Of a stretch of DNA of 64,000 bases, positions 61,461-64,000 are shown piece by piece (position 1 is the first letter of the stretch; each line of letters opens with the position of its first letter). Below the pieces are notes generated by a model. That model had not been told where the DNA came from. It saw only the letters and a program-made list of their open reading frames with translations, and ran no database searches. Source of the stretch: an uncultured Methanosarcinales archaeon. GTDB taxonomy: Archaea > Nanobdellota > Nanobdellia > Woesearchaeales > UBA583. The translations under genes and the position numbers were made by a program. The stretch covers positions 91,617 through 155,616 of the forward strand of contig CAYGPK010000003.1 in assembly GCA_964351975.1 (NCBI GenBank), in the 5' to 3' direction.

Positions 61461-64000
61461 ATGGCATATGAAATTCCAAAACAATTAAAGTATAAAGAAA
61501 AATTTTTCCTAAACCTAACTTTTCATCAAGTAGGATGGTTAATGATATTTTCAACTATTGTTGTTTTTATTATGAGACTTGATTCAATTAATTTTTATTT
61601 AAGATTAATTATTTCAATTCCAATAACCTTACTAGGAATAGGATTTATCTACCTAAACTTTAAAGACTGGATTTATAGAATTATAATTTTCTTTAAATTC
61701 AAGTTAATTTCAATTAACTCATTATTAATGGGGAAGTATTTAGGAGTTCAAAAGATTGAAAATAATTCAGTTTATTTGAAATCAAAAAGACTTGCTATAA
61801 TTGAAACAACTCCAATTAACTTTAGTATAAAAAACGATGAAGATAAAGAAGCAATAGTATTTGGATTTAGAAAATTTCTAAACTCACTAGATTTTCCTAT
61901 CCAATTTGTAATCACAACTAATAACCTTTCAATTACTGAATATTTAGATGAGTTGAAATCAAGAAACTCTAACACTAGATTATTTAATGACTTTTTCAAG
62001 TTCATGCAGAGTCTAATCAAGAAAAATAAACTTAGAAATAGAAGATTCTTTTTAGTTATAACTGAGCAAACAAATTTAGATAATCAAACTCAAATCTGTA
62101 TAGATAAGCTAAGACAAATTGGAATTTTATCTAATAGGTTAAATGATAAAGCAATAATTAAAGATCTTCATTTATTTTTTAATGATATAACTGATAAGAA
62201 TGAATATAATAATAACTTTAAAAATAACTCAATTAATTATTTGATTGCTCCAAATAAAATTGAAAACTTCCCAGACTATTTCAAAATTAATGAAAAGTTT
62301 TGTAGAATTATTGCTGTTAAAGATTACCCTAATGTTGTTGAGTCAGGATTCTTAGATAAGATTATTTCTACAAATGAAGATTTTGATATTTCCATACACA
62401 TCATGCCTTACAATAATGAGTCTTCAACTTTAATGCTTAACAATCAATTAAATAAACAAAAAGCAGATTTGTTTGCATTAAATAAAAAACAATTACAAAA
62501 TAGATCACTTGATAATCAATATGGAGATACTCAAAAGATATTAGATAGGATTCAAAGAGGTCAGCAAAGATTATTTGAGGTTTCATTATATATTAATTGT
62601 AAGAGTGAATCAAAAAAAGAATTAGACCTTTTAACGGCTAAAGTTAAAGCTGAATTAAATTCAGTTATGATGGTTCCTCATATTCCTTACTTTAGACAAC
62701 TTCAAGGATATAAATCTATCATGCCAGTTGCAAACGATCAATTAAAGATTGAAAAGAATATTACAACAAAAGCACTTGGAACATTTATTCCATATACTAG
62801 TACATTCTTAGATGTTCAAAATAGTGGAGTTATGCTTGGCCTTAACAGGAATAAAGTTCCAGTAATCAAAGATATATTCAAACTATCAAATGCAAATGGT
62901 GTAGTTTTGGCAACTTCAGGAAGTGGAAAATCTTATTTTACTAAATTACTTATCTTAAGACAATTATTATCTGGAACTAAAGTTATGGTAATTGACCCTC
63001 AAAGTGAATACCATGAACTATGTAACCATGTAGATGGAACTTTAATTACAATCTCAAGATATTCTGAATCTATAATTAATCCTCTTGATTTAATGGGTCA
63101 AGATTTAATTAATAAAAGGTTAATGTTAATGGACTTGTTTAAAGTTATGTTTGGAGAATTATCTGAAGCCCAAAAAACAATCTTAGATAGAGCTATTGTA
63201 AAAACATACAAGAAATACAATATAACTGATACATCTTATAAAAATGTTGATAAGATGCCAATTCTAAAAGATTTGTATCAAATTTTAGAAAAGGATTCTA
63301 AAAAATCTAACTCTTTAGATAAAATTTCATATCAAGTATTACTAAATAGATTATACATGTATACTGATGGAGTTTTCAAATTTTTTAACAGACAAACTAA
63401 TTTAGATTTTGATAATGATTTTGTTTGTTTTGATATTGGTGATATGCCTGAACAAGTTGAACCTGTTGCAATGTTTCTTGTTTTAGATTATGTATACAAG
63501 AAAATGAAACAAACAAAAGAAAGAAAACTTCTTATTGTTGATGAAGCATGGAGTTTGTTAAGTAAAACTAAAGGTTCAAATTATATTTTTGTAATAGTTA
63601 AAACATGTAGGAAATCAAATTTAGGTCTTCTACTAATTACTCAAGATGTACTTGATTTACTATCCTCAAAAGCAGGTAAAGCTGTACTTAACAATTCATC
63701 ATATACATTTTTACTAAGACAAAAAACATCTGTAATTCCTGAGGTTATGAAAACTTTTCATTTATCTTCAATGGAAAAAGAATATCTTCTTACAGCAAAT
63801 AAAGGTAAAGGAATTTTAATCATGGATAATGATCATCAAGAATTAGAAGTTATAGCATCTCCAATTGAACATGACATTGTGACAACTAATGCTGATGAGA
63901 TTATCAGTAAAACAATCATTACAAAAACTATTGTTAATGAAAATGAATTTGATAAGCTTAATTTAGAGAAAGGTTTATTCAAAGATGAGAATTTAACTGG
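61461..64000 (+). CDS. VirB4/TrbE-family transfer ATPase with fused N-terminal 2-TM (VirB3/PrgI-like) segment; partial, runs off the window
   Basis: Hand-translated and open from ATG 61461 to the window end. MAYEIPKQLKYKEKFFLNLTFHQVGWLMIF (2 TM), VVLATSGSGKSYF (Walker A), RKLLIVDEAWSLL (Walker B), LGLLLITQDV. Absent from the ORF track because it has no stop in the window. Confidence 0.8.
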   Translation, partial: MAYEIPKQLKYKEKFFLNLTFHQVGWLMIFSTIVVFIMRLDSINFYLRLIISIPITLLGIGFIYLNFKDWIYRIIIFFKFKLISINSLLMGKYLGVQKIENNSVYLKSKRLAIIETTPINFSIKNDEDKEAIVFGFRKFLNSLDFPIQFVITTNNLSITEYLDELKSRNSNTRLFNDFFKFMQSLIKKNKLRNRRFFLVITEQTNLDNQTQICIDKLRQIGILSNRLNDKAIIKDLHLFFNDITDKNEYNNNFKNNSINYLIAPNKIENFPDYFKINEKFCRIIAVKDYPNVVESGFLDKIISTNEDFDISIHIMPYNNESSTLMLNNQLNKQKADLFALNKKQLQNRSLDNQYGDTQKILDRIQRGQQRLFEVSLYINCKSESKKELDLLTAKVKAELNSVMMVPHIPYFRQLQGYKSIMPVANDQLKIEKNITTKALGTFIPYTSTFLDVQNSGVMLGLNRNKVPVIKDIFKLSNANGVVLATSGSGKSYFTKLLILRQLLSGTKVMVIDPQSEYHELCNHVDGTLITISRYSESIINPLDLMGQDLINKRLMLMDLFKVMFGELSEAQKTILDRAIVKTYKKYNITDTSYKNVDKMPILKDLYQILEKDSKKSNSLDKISYQVLLNRLYMYTDGVFKFFNRQTNLDFDNDFVCFDIGDMPEQVEPVAMFLVLDYVYKKMKQTKERKLLIVDEAWSLLSKTKGSNYIFVIVKTCRKSNLGLLLITQDVLDLLSSKAGKAVLNNSSYTFLLRQKTSVIPEVMKTFHLSSMEKEYLLTANKGKGILIMDNDHQELEVIASPIEHDIVTTNADEIISKTIITKTIVNENEFDKLNLEKGLFKDENLT

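Larger units (their letters stand above)
37471..64000. mobile_element. putative integrated mobile element / defence island (left border tentative, right end beyond the window)
   Basis: The span carries a recombinase, a transposase, an MCM-like gene, R-M and McrBC systems and a VirB4-type transfer module. It starts at a repeat cluster directly after a housekeeping archaellin gene. Confidence 0.5.

Overview
Visibly AT-rich archaeal chromosome fragment. The archaeal call rests on the L7Ae-S28e-L24e operon, aRF1, RFC large subunit, the tRNA-splicing endonuclease EndA, Taw1/TYW1, XerA and an archaellin. The gene set and small-genome style suggest a DPANN-type lineage, but that is inference. Positions 1-37.4 kb are mostly housekeeping: ion transporters, RecQ plus an unusual UvrD-like helicase, RtcB, ribosomal proteins, tRNA-Ser(GCU), a surface protein and two cupredoxin lipoproteins. 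This part also holds two bacterial-looking genes, a long RelA/SpoT homologue and signal peptidase II. From about 37.5 kb to beyond the window end lies what looks like one integrated mobile element or defence island. It starts with iteron-like repeats and contains a membrane Mrr-like nuclease, a SWIM-DDE transposase and a divergent tyrosine recombinase. A tightly packed minus-strand gene train follows: SNase-like, DUF457 hydrolase, LMW-phosphatase-like, N-terminally truncated degenerate MCM, McrB, McrC and a UvrD helicase fused to a Cas4-like Fe-S nuclease. An orphan Csa3-like CARF-wHTH regulator is transcribed divergently from that train. Next come an HNH endonuclease with a fused m5C+m6A methyltransferase (Type IIS-like), further regulators, and a minimal type-IV-secretion or Ced-like module (VirB2-like, VirB6-like, VirB4-like ATPase running off the window). 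A palindromic TTTATAAA box sits 22-23 nt upstream of most first-in-operon start codons, which implies mostly leaderless mRNAs. I used this rule to re-call one start, to support two small ORFs missing from the ORF track, and to flag exceptions. All family calls come from motif recognition by eye. No searches were run.
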